Below, one piece after another: positions 37,308 to 51,600 of a stretch of DNA of 64,000 nt. The translations under genes were made by a program, and so were the position numbers. Source of the DNA: Chiloscyllium plagiosum (lineage: Eukaryota); contig NC_057728.1 in NCBI RefSeq assembly GCF_004010195.1, positions 41,498,179 to 41,562,178 on the forward strand. The letters run 5' to 3'. Within the stretch, counting starts at the first letter, position 1; each line of letters starts with the position of its first letter. The notes under the pieces were generated by a model. The model saw only the letters and a list, made by a program, of their open reading frames with translations. It was not told the DNA's origin and ran no database searches.

Positions 37308-40300
37308 CTGCAAACAAAAACAAATTCGCATTATGTCAGACAGCTCCTTCAAATAATATTCAAGCCCTCCCCTTCCACAATGACTAGTTCTACAAATAAT
37401 GCTGTTGTTTTTTTAATTGCCAAGTATTTCGGGAGGCCTAAAACCGGACATGCTTAACCACAGACATGAGAGAAAGTGCATTGATTAAATTCCAGTTAAA
37501 CCACAATAAATCTTCTACAGCTGATGTCATCACCACGTCTGCAGAGCTTAAAAAGCCTTGAATTTATGCTGAAAATAGGTATTCATATAACTGGACATTA
37601 TAAATTATTGAATCCATTTATCAAATATTTGCAACATTAAATCTAACGAGCACTCAACATTCACCTAAGATCCTTCACCCAACCTAAAATAACCATGTTT
37701 CCAAAACAGCTAAATACTTTACTTTTATTTGCTCTGAAAAAATAAAGCAAAAGACTGTATTATGTGGTTTAACATTTGTCACCTCATAAACTGAGAACTG
37801 CCAAAGATGACCACCTTAAAATGGCTGCAACAGTTTCATAGTTAAATAGATTTGATTTTCCACATGGCTTCATTTTGTCTGGGCTGCTAGCTGACACAAT
37901 TTATAACTCTCTTCCTTTCCCAGGCCACTACAGTACACCATTCAGTAAAGCATGCCTTAAAGCTTGTCTGCATTATATGACCAAGCTTCCATTCATTAGT
38001 GTTTGAAACACTTCAGCTGTGAAGGGGCTCCTAAATGCTACCATGTGTGACACTGCTGCACAAGAGCAGCATGGAGAAAAACACTAGGTTTTAATCACAG
38101 GCCACTGCTCCGCAAACCCTTTTTCAAAGATTTCCATGATCCCAAAGACCAAATGGGTGTAAATCCAGGAAAGAAATACACAGTATTAAATGAATGGAGG
38201 ACAGTTTCAACATATTACTTTAGCTGCATCCAGCCATCAGATTTCACACCACTTTTGTTTAGTCTGCTTTGGGTTATGTGGGAAATGTGGAGTGCATGAA
38301 GTGAAGGCCCCCTGCTAACCTAAGAGCCTCAAATATTTAATGCCAGTAGGCTAATGCCTCTTGACTAGGCTGCAGGCCATGACCTTGAGAGAGTCTCTGG
38401 GGGACAAGTAACAGAGAAAGATGTAGCTTGATCAAAGCTTCAGATGGACTAAAAAGGGCAAAGTCAAGTGTCAGCTGCCCTGTGCCCCAGCCTCTTCAAT
38501 TAACATTTAGGCTCTAAAAAGACATGATTATCCAATACATATGCATATTTCTTGCCAAGTACAAATAAGCCGACAGGCAAGAAACTGGCTAGTTCACTCA
38601 AGTGCGATGAAATCAACTTCAGAATTTCCTCTCGAAATGACTGTACTTGACAGTCGGAGTCTGGTTTGTTTGGCAAACTCTCCAAATACAAAGGGATCGA
38701 AGGATCTACGATGGGGTTCGGGCTTGAACAATCTGAACGGTCTTGTAGAATGTTTCTCAGGTGAAAACGAAAGTAGAGATTAGTATTTCATTCATATTCT
38801 TGAGCCATTACGCAGCATGCGTTATTAGCAATGTTATTAAAGGAATACCTACAGGCTGAAGGTATCAGTTTATCACTAATAATGTTAAGGGTCTGACAGG
38901 CTCCTAGTACAGTTTTTTGGCCAAAGGTTTCAGCTACTCAGGTAATATAAAGCCTCTACCTGGAATGGGTGTAACCAATCATTCATTCTGCCCATCTCAA
39001 AACACTGCATTTAAAATAGCTGCATAACACGCTAGTGCCTTGAAGTCTCTTCCAGTTGGCAGGCAAATAAATACTAGCACATCATCCGATATCTGTTTGA
39101 AAAGTTACGGCATGCCTGTTGGCACCCACATTATGGATGCAAATTACACGCACTATACAGTACAAAATAACCTTCAGCAATGAACAGAAAACTAAATTGG
39201 GGGAGATTTGGCCAACGTTACTGGCAAAAATACCTGGAATAGTCTACATTTGAGAAGAAGTGGTTATCTTTCAAGCCATTAATGTTGAACAGTTAGAAAT
39301 TATCAGAAACTAGATGAGCTAAAATGATAATAATTCAACTGAAAGTAATAATAGGGATCATGACTATCATAGTTAGAAAAGAAAAATGGCAGACAGAATA
39401 CCTGCTCTTTTGAAACTGGATTACATTTGAAACATGACAACATCCACCACCACCTTATATAAATTTATCTGACCTCTAAAATTCAGAGTTTTAATGTAAT
39501 GTGAAACCAAGTACTTTGTGAATATATTAAATACATCTTAATACTATTGTAATGGAAAATACACCTAGTCCAGAAAAGGTTCAGAGGAAGGTCAATAGAT
39601 TATATTTTAAAGGGCCTTCAGTTACCAAAGCTGACAAGAGAGCTGCAGCTTTACACTTCAGAAAAATGTAGACTTTCAAGGGGTGTGATTCAGATCTTTT
39701 AAATAATGAAAGGATTAAACCTGCTGCAAGTGAATAGGCTAATTGAGCTTGATAGATAAGGGTGAAGCAAGGGACATCATTAGAAGTTATGAAAATATAG
39801 GAGTAGGTTTGCTGCTGGCTTCTATTTCATTTTGCAGAGAGTTGCTGATTTCTACAAAAAGTGGCATTGATAGGCTTTGGGAGTTGGCAAATTTCCCCAA
39901 ATTGGCAGAATTGTTCAACACACCAGAATGAAGCAAGCCTGAATCAACCTGTATTATCTTGTCCTGCTGTAAGCATTATGGCTGAGCAGTAGGAATCATC
40001 CTGGTTTAGAACTCTCAATGCCACGTCTTCTGCTTAACCTACAGGGATTTAATTCAATTTCTATAGTTTTATTTCCAAATATTTCTTTCTTTTTCCACAT
40101 TATTTTCCTCGCTAGTCTGTCTAGGTGTAGGATGAGGAAAAGATTAATCTATTTTTGGGTGTTCATCAATAACACAGAAACAGCCTGGTTGAGTAGCACA
40201 CCATCCATTACCTTTGCTTCATCACTGCTTCAGAGTTGCAGCAGTGTGTACCATGTACCATCAGCAACTCCCCAAGGCTTCATCAATAGCACCTACCACA

Positions 40301-41455
40301 TCAGTGATCTTTATCACCTCAAACAGTTTCCCAAAATGAGAGCTGAAATTTTGGGGCCCCAAATTCTGAGGTAGCAATGACTTTCATGGAGCTGCACTAT
40401 TACTTTAACAGGCATCTGTCCTTCCACAGCTACTTCTCCTGGATCTTGTTGGTTTCCATTGTGCACTTAACAGTTTTCCACCCTCATAGGTCTCTTGTCG
40501 TCTACTCTACCACTAGTCCCTACGCTCTCAAATTTCACTGAGGGGCTGTGACAAAGTTCATGGAGGAAAAACACTGGACTTAGATGGAAAAAGGCAGCAG
40601 GGCATGTGGGAAGGCCACAGGCTGCAAGGTCCGCCTCAAACCACATACAACCCTGATTTAGAATTATATCATTGGTCCTACAATGTTGCTGTGTCAAAAT
40701 CCTGAAAATCTCATAACAGCATTGTGGGTGTACCCAAACCAGATGGAGTGCTGCGGTTCAAGACGACAGCTCACCATCACCCTCTCAAGGGCAATAACAT
40801 GGGTAATAAATACTGCCCTAGCCAGCAATGGCCACCCTCCATGAAATAATTAAATATACCGGGAAGTGTGTTGGACTGGCCCAATGACAACTTACTCACT
40901 GATGAAAACCTCTCATTCAGTTGAGAAATATCAAGTCTGTGCTTGCATGACTCTGCCAAAAACCACCCAAGGTTCCAGTGTCTGATAATTATCCAGTGAC
41001 CTCAGCTGGAAAATGTGCTTGTATGCAACTCTTGAGAGAACAGGATCTAGCTTGGTTAGTTTTGGAACCGGGCTTGGTTAGTTCTCACTATTGCCTGCAG
41101 CATCACCTCCTTAATACCATAATGAAGGAAATAAAACCCACTTTCAATCCTCACATTATAATGAGATATGCATGGCACAGCACAATTCCGAACACTTAAT
41201 GGAAAAAAAAACTTATCACTAGTCATCAAAAAAGACTTTTCTTAAAAGAAATGCGCTATCTAAAGAAAATGGAAAAAATAAGTAATTATATTATATGCAC
41301 GATGAGAAAACAAAATGTAGTGATAGGAGTGCAGATTAACAAAGGTTACCTGCTCTGTGCAGATAAAAATTCCTTCAAAATAAATGTGATTAAAAAGAGA
41401 CATCATCATCAGATATTTGACTGTGGAGATCATTCATCGATCATAGATGATCATT

Positions 41456-41797
41456 CATAGATCCCCTACAGTGTGTAAACAGGCCATTTGGCCCAACAAG
41501 TACACATTGACCCTCCGAAGAGTAACCCACCCAGATGCATTCCCCTACCCTATTACTCTACATTTAGCCCAGACACCTAACCTACACGTCCTGAACACTG
41601 CGGTCAATTTAGCATGGCCAGTTCACCTATTCTGCACACCTTTGGACTGTGGGAGGAAACCGGAGCAGCCAGAGGAAACCCACGCAGACACGGGGAGAAT
41701 ATGCAAACACCCCACAGACAATCGCTCGAGGCTGGAATCGAACCTGGGTCCCTAGCGTTGAGGCAGCAGTGCTAACCAGCGAGTCACTGTGCCGCCT
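41456..41797 (-). mobile_element. HE1-type SINE (intronic)
   Basis: Head, V-domain and tail recognisable. Confidence 0.88.
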
Positions 41798-42783
41798 TGG
41801 GTATAGATCTGGGCGTTTTGGAAAACATCCAATGCTTCACCCAAACAGTCATTGTTCGTATGTGACTCTAGATTGAGAGTGTGGGTGGGCTATTTAACAA
41901 CAAAAAAATTACAACCAAGCCTGATTATGTCTTCAAACAACGTTCACATACACTCTCTACTAAGTATGGTTAAAATATGACCATAAGAGACTTTCAGTTC
42001 CAAACCAAAGTTGCTAAATTATATCTCTAGTTGACATCAAGCAACTGAATATGGAAGAAGAATCAAACCTGGAACAGTCTGGCCAATAAAGTTCCTGTAC
42101 CATTCAGGCCACCCAAAGAATTTGGATGCGATTATTTAGTAATAAATTTAAATAGCCCAGCTAATCATCTGATGCACAGCTTTGCTAAAGTATTTCATTA
42201 ATATAACATGCATGTTATAACAACCATTATTATTCGTATTACTACTAATAATGACAGAGTACCTTTAAAGTAGGAAACTATCCCAAATTTCCTCACATGG
42301 CCATAGCCAAAAATTAAAGCAGCCTTGTTAAAGATGGGCATGTTAGGTCAGGTGATCAGAAACTCCAACTGAATGATGGATTTTATTATAGATCCAAACG
42401 AAAACTAGGGAAATGTAAAAGTAGAAATGTTTAGAGAGGTAATGTTTAGAGCTGAAAGCTGGCAAAGATGGCATGAGACAAAAATGGGAGAAGCTGCTTA
42501 GTGTGATTCGATGGGACCTGGAGGAGGATCGCTAAACCAAAGGTGCCTGACAAAGAAGCTTCCATTTGCAATCCTTGAGTGAAGGGAATTAAGATGCAAG
42601 GGAATAAACTAAGGTGAAGTGTGATGATTTTAACATTAAAATGGCTTGTTTCTGAGTGTGTGGAGGAGATAGGAGTTGGTGGCAAACGAATGGAATTGGT
42701 GGTGGGAGTTGTTGGTGATGGTCCCAGTTTTACCAATATTTAGCAGGATGAAATTGTAGCACATCCAAGACTGAATGATGGAT

Positions 42784-42812
42784 AAACAAACAAACAAACA
42801 AACAAACAAACA
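42784..42812. repeat. (AAAC)n microsatellite within an old LINE remnant
   Basis: About 7 AAAC units. Confidence 0.9.
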
Positions 42813-43060
42813 ATCTTATAACAACCCCATGTCACCATGTAAATTTGGAGAGAGGAAGGAAATAAATAATGCATCTTTACATGATTCCTGAAGAAGCAAA
42901 GTAGAGATGGCAGGTAAACAATTAGCATCGAGATACTGCAGCTACAGTTGTACAGGTACCAGAAATTGAAACAGTATGGGCAGTATTACCAAGTTGACCT
43001 GCTGGAGAGGAGGAGTTCAAAGAGGATATGCTTCCCTTCCCTAAACAACCTTGCCAAATA

Positions 43061-43234
43061 CAGGACAACTCCGATTATCCGAACGAGACAAGCAAGGAAT
43101 ATTTTGTTTGGATAACTGATTTTTCAGATAATAGATTGTTTGGATAATGGATAACATTTTTATGGGACCTTGAGATCTTGTTCGGATAATCTGAAATTTG
43201 GATAATCGATGTCCAGATAACTGAGGTTGTTCTG
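43061..43234. mobile_element. Tc1/mariner (Tigger/pogo-like) MITE, same family as 26407
   Basis: TA|caggacaactccgattatccg ... cagataactgaggttgttctg|TA; shared core gggaccttgagatcttgtt. Confidence 0.8.
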
Positions 43235-43619
43235 TAATGTAGTCCGGCAGCAATTTCTAGAAAAGCAAAATTTAGGTTTACACATTGAATGCATCAGATA
43301 GAAGTAAAGCAAAATTTTGTATTTCCATGTTGTCATTCAGAAATTCTTTAAGTATGTTACAGTCAAGAAGGTTTTGAAATGTAATCACGTTCTAAGAATG
43401 TCAGCAGTTACAGCAAAGCCCTAAAATGGTGATGTGAAAAGGTTCAGATAACCTATTTTAATGGAGGGATAAATATTAATTGTAACATTGGAATAACTAC
43501 CACTCTCTATTTTGAACAGTGGGTCAGGATGACTTAAATCCATCTGAAAACAGCGTCCATTTAATATCTCTATTAAAAGGCATCTAAACACAGTGCAGTT
43601 CCCAATTCTGCACATAACA

Positions 43620-44900
43620 CATGGAAGCAGAAGTCGGACATTAAGCCTATCAAGTCGCTTAAACATTCAATAAGATCACAGCTGATCTGATAATCCTCAA
43701 CTCAATTTTCCTGCCTTGTAGCTATAACCTTTGAGTCCTTTAGTGATTAAAAATCTATCTTGCCTTAAATATTTTTAATATCCAGCCTAGATAGCCCTCT
43801 GGGGAAAAGATTAACTACATTCAGAAGAAATGACCCATCACTCTATGACTTCTGGTCCTAGACTCACCCATAAGAGGAAACAACCTTTTCATATCTACCT
43901 TGTCAAGCATCTTCAGAATCTTGCATGGTTCAATAGGTCTCCTGTCATTCTTTTAAGCTCCAGTGAGTTCAAGCCCAACTATCCAACCTTTCTTCACAAG
44001 ATGATCCGCCTCCAATGCCAGTCTGGCTTTCTTTGGATAAGGACTTCATAGTATGCCTCATATAGTTTAAGCAAGACTTCCATTTATTATTACTCCATTT
44101 CCTTTGAAATAAAGATCAACATTCCGTTTTTTTTCCTTGTTACCTGCTCACTTTGGATGCTGGTTTTTTGTGATTTATGCATGAAGACACCCAGAATCCT
44201 CTGTGCTGCGGTCTTTCCCTACTTACATAATATTCAGCTCCTCTATTCTTCATGCCAATGTACATAACCTCATATTTTCCCATATTATATTCCACCTGCC
44301 AATTTTATCCCAGTCAGCCTAGATATATCTGCTGTAGACTCCGTCACTCTCACCATTCACTTTCAGCATCACCTACTGTCTCATCCACAGACCTGGTAAT
44401 AGTAAATTCACTGGAAATAATTGTGGGCCCAGCACTGACCCCTGTGGCTCTTCATTAGTTACAGGTTGACACCCAACTTGTGGGTGGCACGGTGGCTCAG
44501 TGGTTAGCACTGCTGCCTCACAGCGTCAGGAACCCAGGTTCGATTTCAGCCTTGGGTGACTGTCTGTGTGGAGTTTGCGCATTCTCCCCCATGTCTGCGT
44601 GGGTTTCCTCCAGGTGCTCCTGTTTCCTCCCACAATCCTCTTTTAACACTGTAGGTATTCTATTCTATATATCTCCAACCCTAAAAATGCCTCCTTTATC
44701 TCAACTTTCAAACTGTATTAGTTTTCCAATCCTTTATCCACACTAATATACTGCCTCCATGGTCTTTCTATCTGATTAATTAGCCTTATATCTGGTATAC
44801 TAGTGAATGCCTTTTGGCGATCCAAATATATTATATCCATTGGCTCCCCTTTACCTTTCCTGCTACTTACCACAGAAAAAACAGCAAGGTCCTGTTTGAT
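43620..44900 (-). mobile_element. Degraded CR1 LINE with an HE1 5' half inserted (44481-44638, plus)
   Basis: KGEPMDIIYLDRQKAF; CR1 tail near 43620-43760. Confidence 0.7.
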
Positions 44901-45031
44901 ATGTTCATATACTCGGTCATTTCCTCTGGGTATCATTACCTAAATAGCAGTTCTAGGTTCTGTTCAGTTTCTAAAGTGGGGTTTGCAGACTTAATGGTCG
45001 AAGGGACCAGCATGACACCATTGAGTAACAG

Positions 45032-45237
45032 GAGAAAGTGAGGACTGCAGATGCTGGAGATCAGAGCTGAAAATGTGTTGCTTGAAAAGCGCAGCAGGTC
45101 AGGCGGCATCCAAGGAGCAGGAGAATCGACGTTTTGGGCATGAGCCCTTTCCTGAAGAAGGTCTCATGCCCGAAACGTCGATTCTCCTGCTCCTTGGATG
45201 CTGCCTGACCTGCTGTGCTTTTCCAGCAACACATTTT
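45032..45237. mobile_element. Palindromic Penelope-derived mini insert with 16-bp TSD
   Basis: caccattgagt(a/t)acag at 45016-45031 and 45238-45253. Arms of ~80 bp fold back at a hammerhead (plus CTGAAGA...GAAACGTC at ~45152-45179). Confidence 0.88.
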
Positions 45238-46867
45238 CACCATTGAGTTACAGTCCAACACCCCAAACAGTTTCAATGTTTCTATGACTAAAGACAATTG
45301 TAAAAGTTGAAATTTTAATATTAGTCTTTATGCTGCTTAATGGACAAAACGTACTGGCTTTGCTAGTGGTGCTCATATTTCATGCATAAGAAAAGGATAA
45401 AAGTTAACTTAAAAGGAGACTCTCTTATGGGGCAGTGATATCCAAAGTTGAGATAAATAAACATTGTTATTTTGTTAGGAGTACTCATAGCAAAAGGTAG
45501 GGTCCTGAAACAGAGATACAATAAAAAACAGGCCTTAAGTTGACTTTTTTTTAAAAAATGAGAACATCTTATGATTAGATCACACAAATCTGTTGCATTA
45601 CTTCATCAGTGAAAACCAGCCTACGGTTGTTTCTCAGTTGTAAAACCATAGATAGCGAGTGTGACTTGGGCTAAATTTTAATCCAATTCACCTTCAAGAA
45701 GAAGGGCAAGTTGTTAAAATGGCAGCTGGAGGTTTGCAAAGAGCATAACCAGCCAACTACCTTTATGATTGCAACTCCCATTCAAGACACACATGGGAAG
45801 ACCACTCAGCCAGGACAGAGTGTGGAATATTTTATATCAGAAAACCCACAGCCCAATGACTGGGAAGCCTGAACAATACTAAAATCATTAGCCAAGACCG
45901 GCAGAAATGGCCAAACGAGGCTACACAAAGTATTTTTCTTTCCGGATAAGATGGAACAGAAATACGCCTTACCCCACAGTAGTTACAGCCTCTTTTTACC
46001 TCTTCCTCCCATCTCTGCATTCTCATTTCTTCTGCCGGTCTTCAACTTTCAAACTTAGACACCCTACCCCCCCCACTCCCACTAAATTTTCACCTCCTCA
46101 CCAACCCCAACACTGTCCAGGTTTCAACAGTTAACTCTCAGAAGGTACCTTCCTCTCGCCCAAAATACCAAACCAATCACACTTTAAAGGAGTTAAATCC
46201 AGCACAGTGCTGTTTGAATATCTGGTTTTCCAAAACATTGTTTTGGAAGACAGGTTTAAAAATATATAAGAAAGCAATGTCACCATAAATGTAGCAACAT
46301 TTTTCACAAATGGGTTTCTTTAAATTTATATAGTCTACAGGGGTATATAAATATGTCCAATGAAACATTTGACATTGACCTTTCTTAATGCTGTTGCAGA
46401 TGTATACTACATTTACTGTCTTTCAGATTGAGTGTCATTCTTCCCATATCTATAAGCCTCTGGGGATTTTGCATCTGAACTTGTATAATCAAATTGGAAT
46501 TGTGTGTGTCCATAGAGTCAAAGAAATGAGCTGCGTCTCCAATAGTTCAGCCTGTTTTTTTGGGGAGTGGATGAAACAAACAGATCTTGAATGCCTGTTT
46601 GACGTCCAGTCTACCCCAACCAACTGCTTTCTTTTCTGTGACTGTGGCCCTATCTGGCCTCAGTCCTTGTTCACAAAGAATAGACTGATGGGGTTAGGCT
46701 GGCAGGAAGTCAAGGGATTCTGCTTCAGTTGGCTCTCTCTTAATTGCAGCCACAAGTGTCTGAATGATGCTGGATACAGATAGGATTGTCCTCGGCTGTG
46801 AAGCTCCCCAGGGTCAAAGAGACTGCTAACATTTACCATTAAGGTTTACAATTTACAATAAAATCTG

Positions 46868-48212
46868 ACAGAACTGCAGATGCTGTATTGATCAGAAACA
46901 AAAACAGAAGTTGCTGGGAAAGCTCAGCAAGTCTGGCAGCATCTGTGAAGAGAAATCAGAGTTAATGTTTTGGGTCTTGCCTCAGAACTGATGGTAGCAA
47001 GGAAAGAGTTGGTTATATGCATAAGATACTGTGGGGGGAGGGGGCAAGGAGTAAACAATAGGTCAGTATAGAGCCCATAGAGAGAGAACAGTTGGACAGA
47101 CAAAGGAATGGATAACAATCTGGCTGGAAGAGTCAATAGCTGTTAGTGGAGACTGTTAGAGGCTACCAACACGTAGTATGTAATGGCAGACTATGTGATA
47201 ACAAAGCCTGGCATGTAGATTTTGGGGTTAGGACATGGTCAGGCCCTAAAATTATTGAACTCTATATAGAGTCCAGAAGGCTTCAGGGTCCCCAAGTGGA
47301 AAATGAGGTGTTGTTCTTCTACCTTGTGCTAAGCTTCACTGGAGCACTGCAGCAAGCCTGAGATGGAGGTGTTGGCCAGGGAACAGGATGGTATGTTAAA
47401 GCGACAGGCAACTGGAAGCTCAGGGTCTTTTCTGCAGGCAGAGCATAGGATATTCTGCGAAGTGGTTATCCAGTCTACACTTTATTCCCCCAGTGTAGAG
47501 ACAACCTCAATGTGAGCAGCAAATGCAGCAGACATGATTGTGTGAAGTGCAGTTAAGTGCTGCTTCATTGGAAGGTCTGTTTGGCCTTTGGACACTGCAA
47601 TCGCCGAAGGTGTACCAGCCACCCATTTACCTCCTCCCTTCTCAGTACCTATCTACATTCTGCCTATAAAAAAACCCCTGAGGTTCCAGTTGCCCACCAC
47701 TTTAACAAACCACCCTGTACCCTGGCCAACATCTCAGTCTCAGGCTTGCTGCGGCCTTCCAGAGAAGGTCAGCGAAGCTGAAAGAACAACACCTTATTTT
47801 CCGCTTGGGGACCCTGCAACTCTCCAATATAGAGTTCAATAATTTTATGGCCTGATCTCTCCCATGTCCTAGCCCCCAACCCCACACACCAAGCCTTGTT
47901 ATCACAGTCTGCTATTACATACTACCTATTGTTATCCACTGACAGTCTCCATAACAGCTATTCTCTGTCTGAGCCAGATAGTTATCCATTCCTTTGTCTG
48001 TCCAACTGTCCCTCTCTCTCTTTAGGCTCTATCCCCACCTACCATTTACTCTTTACCCCTTCCTCCACCCTATCTTTTGCATATAACCAACATTTTCCGA
48101 GCTATCATCAGTTCTGAGGAAGGGTCACTGGATGCAAAATGTTTACTCATACTTCTCTTCATAGATGCTGCTAGACCTGCTTAGCTTTTCCTGCAACTTC
48201 TGCTTTTGTTTC
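46868..48212. mobile_element. Penelope-like element with long inverted arms and GIY-YIG remnant
   Basis: Arms ~46890-47230 and ~47870-48212 are reverse complements. PEVPVAHHFNKPPC...EQHLIFRLGTLQ on plus. Decayed hammerhead at ~48110-48149. Confidence 0.82.
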
Positions 48213-48349
48213 ACACTTTGTAATGGCTGGTTGGTTAGATTATCAGCCAGGAGTCTTTATGAATATAACCCAGGGAAGGGACTAAAGTTGTAGAGAGAAG
48301 CTAGCTGAATTAGGAAATCTGCTATTTCAGAATTGGTTGTAAAAGGCAC

Positions 48350-50010
48350 AGAGTTCATAGAGATGTATAGCACAGAAACAGACCCTTCAGTCCAACTAAT
48401 CCATGCCGACCAGATATCCCAACTCAATCTAGTCCTATCTGCCAGCACCCTTCCTATTCACATAACCATCCAAATGCCCTTTAAATGCTGCAATTGTACC
48501 AGCCTCCACCACTTCCTCTGGCAGCTCATTCCATACACGTACCACCCTCTGTATGAAAAAGTTGCCCCTTAGTTCTCTTTTATATCTTTCCCCTCTAACC
48601 CCAAACCTATGCCCTCTAGTTCTGGACTCCCCGACCCCAAATAATAGACTTTGCCTATTTATCCTATCCATGCCCCTCATAATTTTGTAAACCTCTATAA
48701 GGTCACCCCTCAGCCTCCGACACTCCAGGGAAAACAGCCCCAGCCTGTTCAGCCTCTCCCGATAGCTCAAATCCTCCAACCCTGGCAACATCCTTGTTAA
48801 TCTTTTCTGAACCCTTTCAAGTTTCACAACATCTTTCCGATAGGAAGGAGACCAGAATCGCACGTAATATTCCAACAGTGGCCTAACCAATGTCCTATAC
48901 AGCTACAACATGACCTCCCAACTCCTGTACTCAATACTCTGACCAATAAAAGAAAGCATACTAAACGCTTTCTTCACTATCCTATCTACCTGCAACTCCA
49001 CTTTCAAGGAGCTATGAACCTGCACTCCAAGATCTCTTTGTTCAGCAACACATCCTAGGACCTTTCTATTAATTGTATAAGTCCTGCTAAGATTTGCTTT
49101 CCCAAAATGCAGCATCTTGCACTTATCTGAATTAAACTCCATCTGCCACTTCTCAGCCCATTGGCTCATCTGGTCAAGATCCTGTTGTAATCTGAGGTTA
49201 CCTTCTTCGCTGTCCACCTCCAATTTTGGTGTTATCTGCAAACTTACTAACTGTACCTCTTATGCTCGCATCCAAACCATTTATGTAAATGACAAAAAGT
49301 AGAGGACCCAGCACCAATCCTTGTGGCACTCCACTTGTCACAGGCCTCCAGTCTGAAAATCAACCCTTCTACCTTTGAGCCAGTTCTGTATCCAAATGTC
49401 TAGTTCTCCCTGTATTCCGTGAGATCTAATCTTGCTAACTAGTCTCCCATGGGGAACCTTGTCGATCACCTTACTGAAGTCCATATAGATCACATCTACC
49501 TCTCTGCCCTCATCAATCCTCTTTGTTACTTCTTCAAAAAACTCAATCAAGTTTGTGAGACCATGATTTCCCATGCATAAAGCCATGTTGACTATCCCTA
49601 ATCAGTCCTTGCCTTTCCAAATATATGTACATCCTGTCCTTCAGGATTCCCTCCAACAACTTGCCCACCACCGACGTCAGGCTCACTGCTCTATAATTCC
49701 CTGGCTTATCCTTACCACCCTTCTTAAACAGTGGCACCACGTTTGCCAAGATCCAGTCTGCTAGCACCTTACCTGTGACTATCAATGATACAAACATCTC
49801 AGCGAGAGGCCCAGCAATCACTTCTCTAGCTTCCCACAGAGTTCTAGGGTACACCTGATCAGGTCCTGGGGATTTATCCACCTTTATGCGTTTCAAGACA
49901 TCCAGCACTTCCTCCTCTGTAATGTGGACATTTTGCAAGGTGTCACCATCTATTTCCCTACATTCTATATCCTCCATATCCTCTTCCACAGTAAATACTG
50001 ATGCAAAATC
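48350..50010 (-). mobile_element. HER1/CR1 LINE ORF2 (RT domain and C-terminus), frameshifted, 5'-truncated
   Basis: KSPGPDQVYPRTL, ANVVPLFKKG..KPGNYRAVSLTSVVGKLLE, YMDFSK, WQMEFN, RPLLEY, LRGDLIEVYK. Confidence 0.93.
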
Positions 50011-51264
50011 CCCCATTACCTGCAGCTCCACACAAAGGCTGCCAAGATGCTTGCAATGTTTGCTTTGTGCTGGATGATATTGTTTGCAGATCCTCGATCA
50101 ATGTGATGTTCAAACCAAGAGCTTTAGCATTTCTCTAGGTTCACAATGCACTTCAGAACAGATGTAATACCTATTTCATCCAATCCTTGGATGAGCTCTC
50201 AAAACTAGGATCCAAAGTATAAATGTCAAAAATGTTTCATTTGAAGAAAATAAATGAACAGATGCCCAGGCTAACAGTTTTCCCAAAACCAACGATACCA
50301 TAAAGAAAACCAACTGGTTATTTATCTCACTATCCATTTTAAGGAATAGTGATTCATTGAATGGCTGCATGTTTGCCTGTTGAATCTTACAGACTTGGAA
50401 AGCTTTGGGCAGTCCAGACTTTCTTCAGGTCTCAGTCCTGTTCATAGCAGCAGCAGAACACCTCCTGGGTAATTTTACAGGAGTCAGGATGTGACTTGCA
50501 GGATCACTGCCAAATGTGAGGCTGCAGGCCAGGGGTCGAGGTGGGAGGGCAAGTCTACATGGAAGGCACCTTCACTGCAGTGAGTGTAGTGCGCATTAAG
50601 AATGAGATGTGAGGGGTCTGGATGAACAGAGGAGTGAATCAGTTGGAGATTATGTCCATCCCATCGTGGAGTTTGGGAGGAAATACCCAACCCCTGACTT
50701 CAAAGCAACTCACAGCTTTCCAATGTGATTCTTAAAGCAGGTTGTAGATTTAATTTATTTCTCAAAAGTCTGATCTCTAGTCCTGCACATGCCTCCTGAC
50801 CAGCTGTAGGGGTCCCCCTAGCTGGCCAGTAAAGTGCCATTTCCACTGAAAAATGGCTGCCAATTGGTTACCAATGAGCCTAAATTGGTTTCCTGCCATG
50901 GATGATGGATTGCCATCACTAAAGCAGCTTCCATGAAAAGTGAAAGGAGGGGGGGGACATGTTGGTGAATTGGCACAACTGGTTTTCTGAGATTTTCCTG
51001 GGCATCCCCACTTCCAAACGCATGAACTCTCCGCACCCATGAATGAAATTGGGAAAAAAGGTCATTAAATTTGGATGGTCTTAGAAATCCAGTTATGCGC
51101 TTTCTAAATGCAAATTCGCTCAGATCAAAAATGTTAGAAATACTTTCCTACCTCACTGCACTCTTGTGTGTTTTGGGTGGAGTGAACACAAAGAACTGGA
51201 AACACATATCTTACACATATGACATGAATAGTTTGAGGCAACTAAAGAAAAAGATTCGGAATTA

Positions 51265-51600
51265 AATTATGTCTATTGTGACCGCAAAGTGCTTTCCAAT
51301 CAATGTATCTTTGAAGTGTGCTGACTGCTCTGATGTGTGAAAGGCAGTGACCAATTAGTGCACAGCAAGCTCCCACAGATGGCAAAATCACGCCAGATGG
51401 TGGTGTTTTTAAAAAGATAAAATTGTCTTCAATGTCAGAAAAAACTCGTAACATTGCTTTGAGAATGTTTAAAGTCAACCTGGGGGGGGAAAGTGGGGCC
51501 CTGGTCTGACATCATTCCCTGGCTCCTGCACCGAAGAATTAGCCTGAATTATGTGTTCAATCCCTGGAACGGAGGAATTGGTTGAATGAAAGACTACTGA
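51265..51600 (-). mobile_element. Deu-domain SINE remnant (SacSINE1/AmnSINE1-like)
   Basis: caaagtgcttt...tttgaagtgtg...ccaattagtgcacagcaagctcccaca resembles the Deu-domain consensus as I recall it. A smaller remnant lies at ~43370-43440. Confidence 0.5.
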
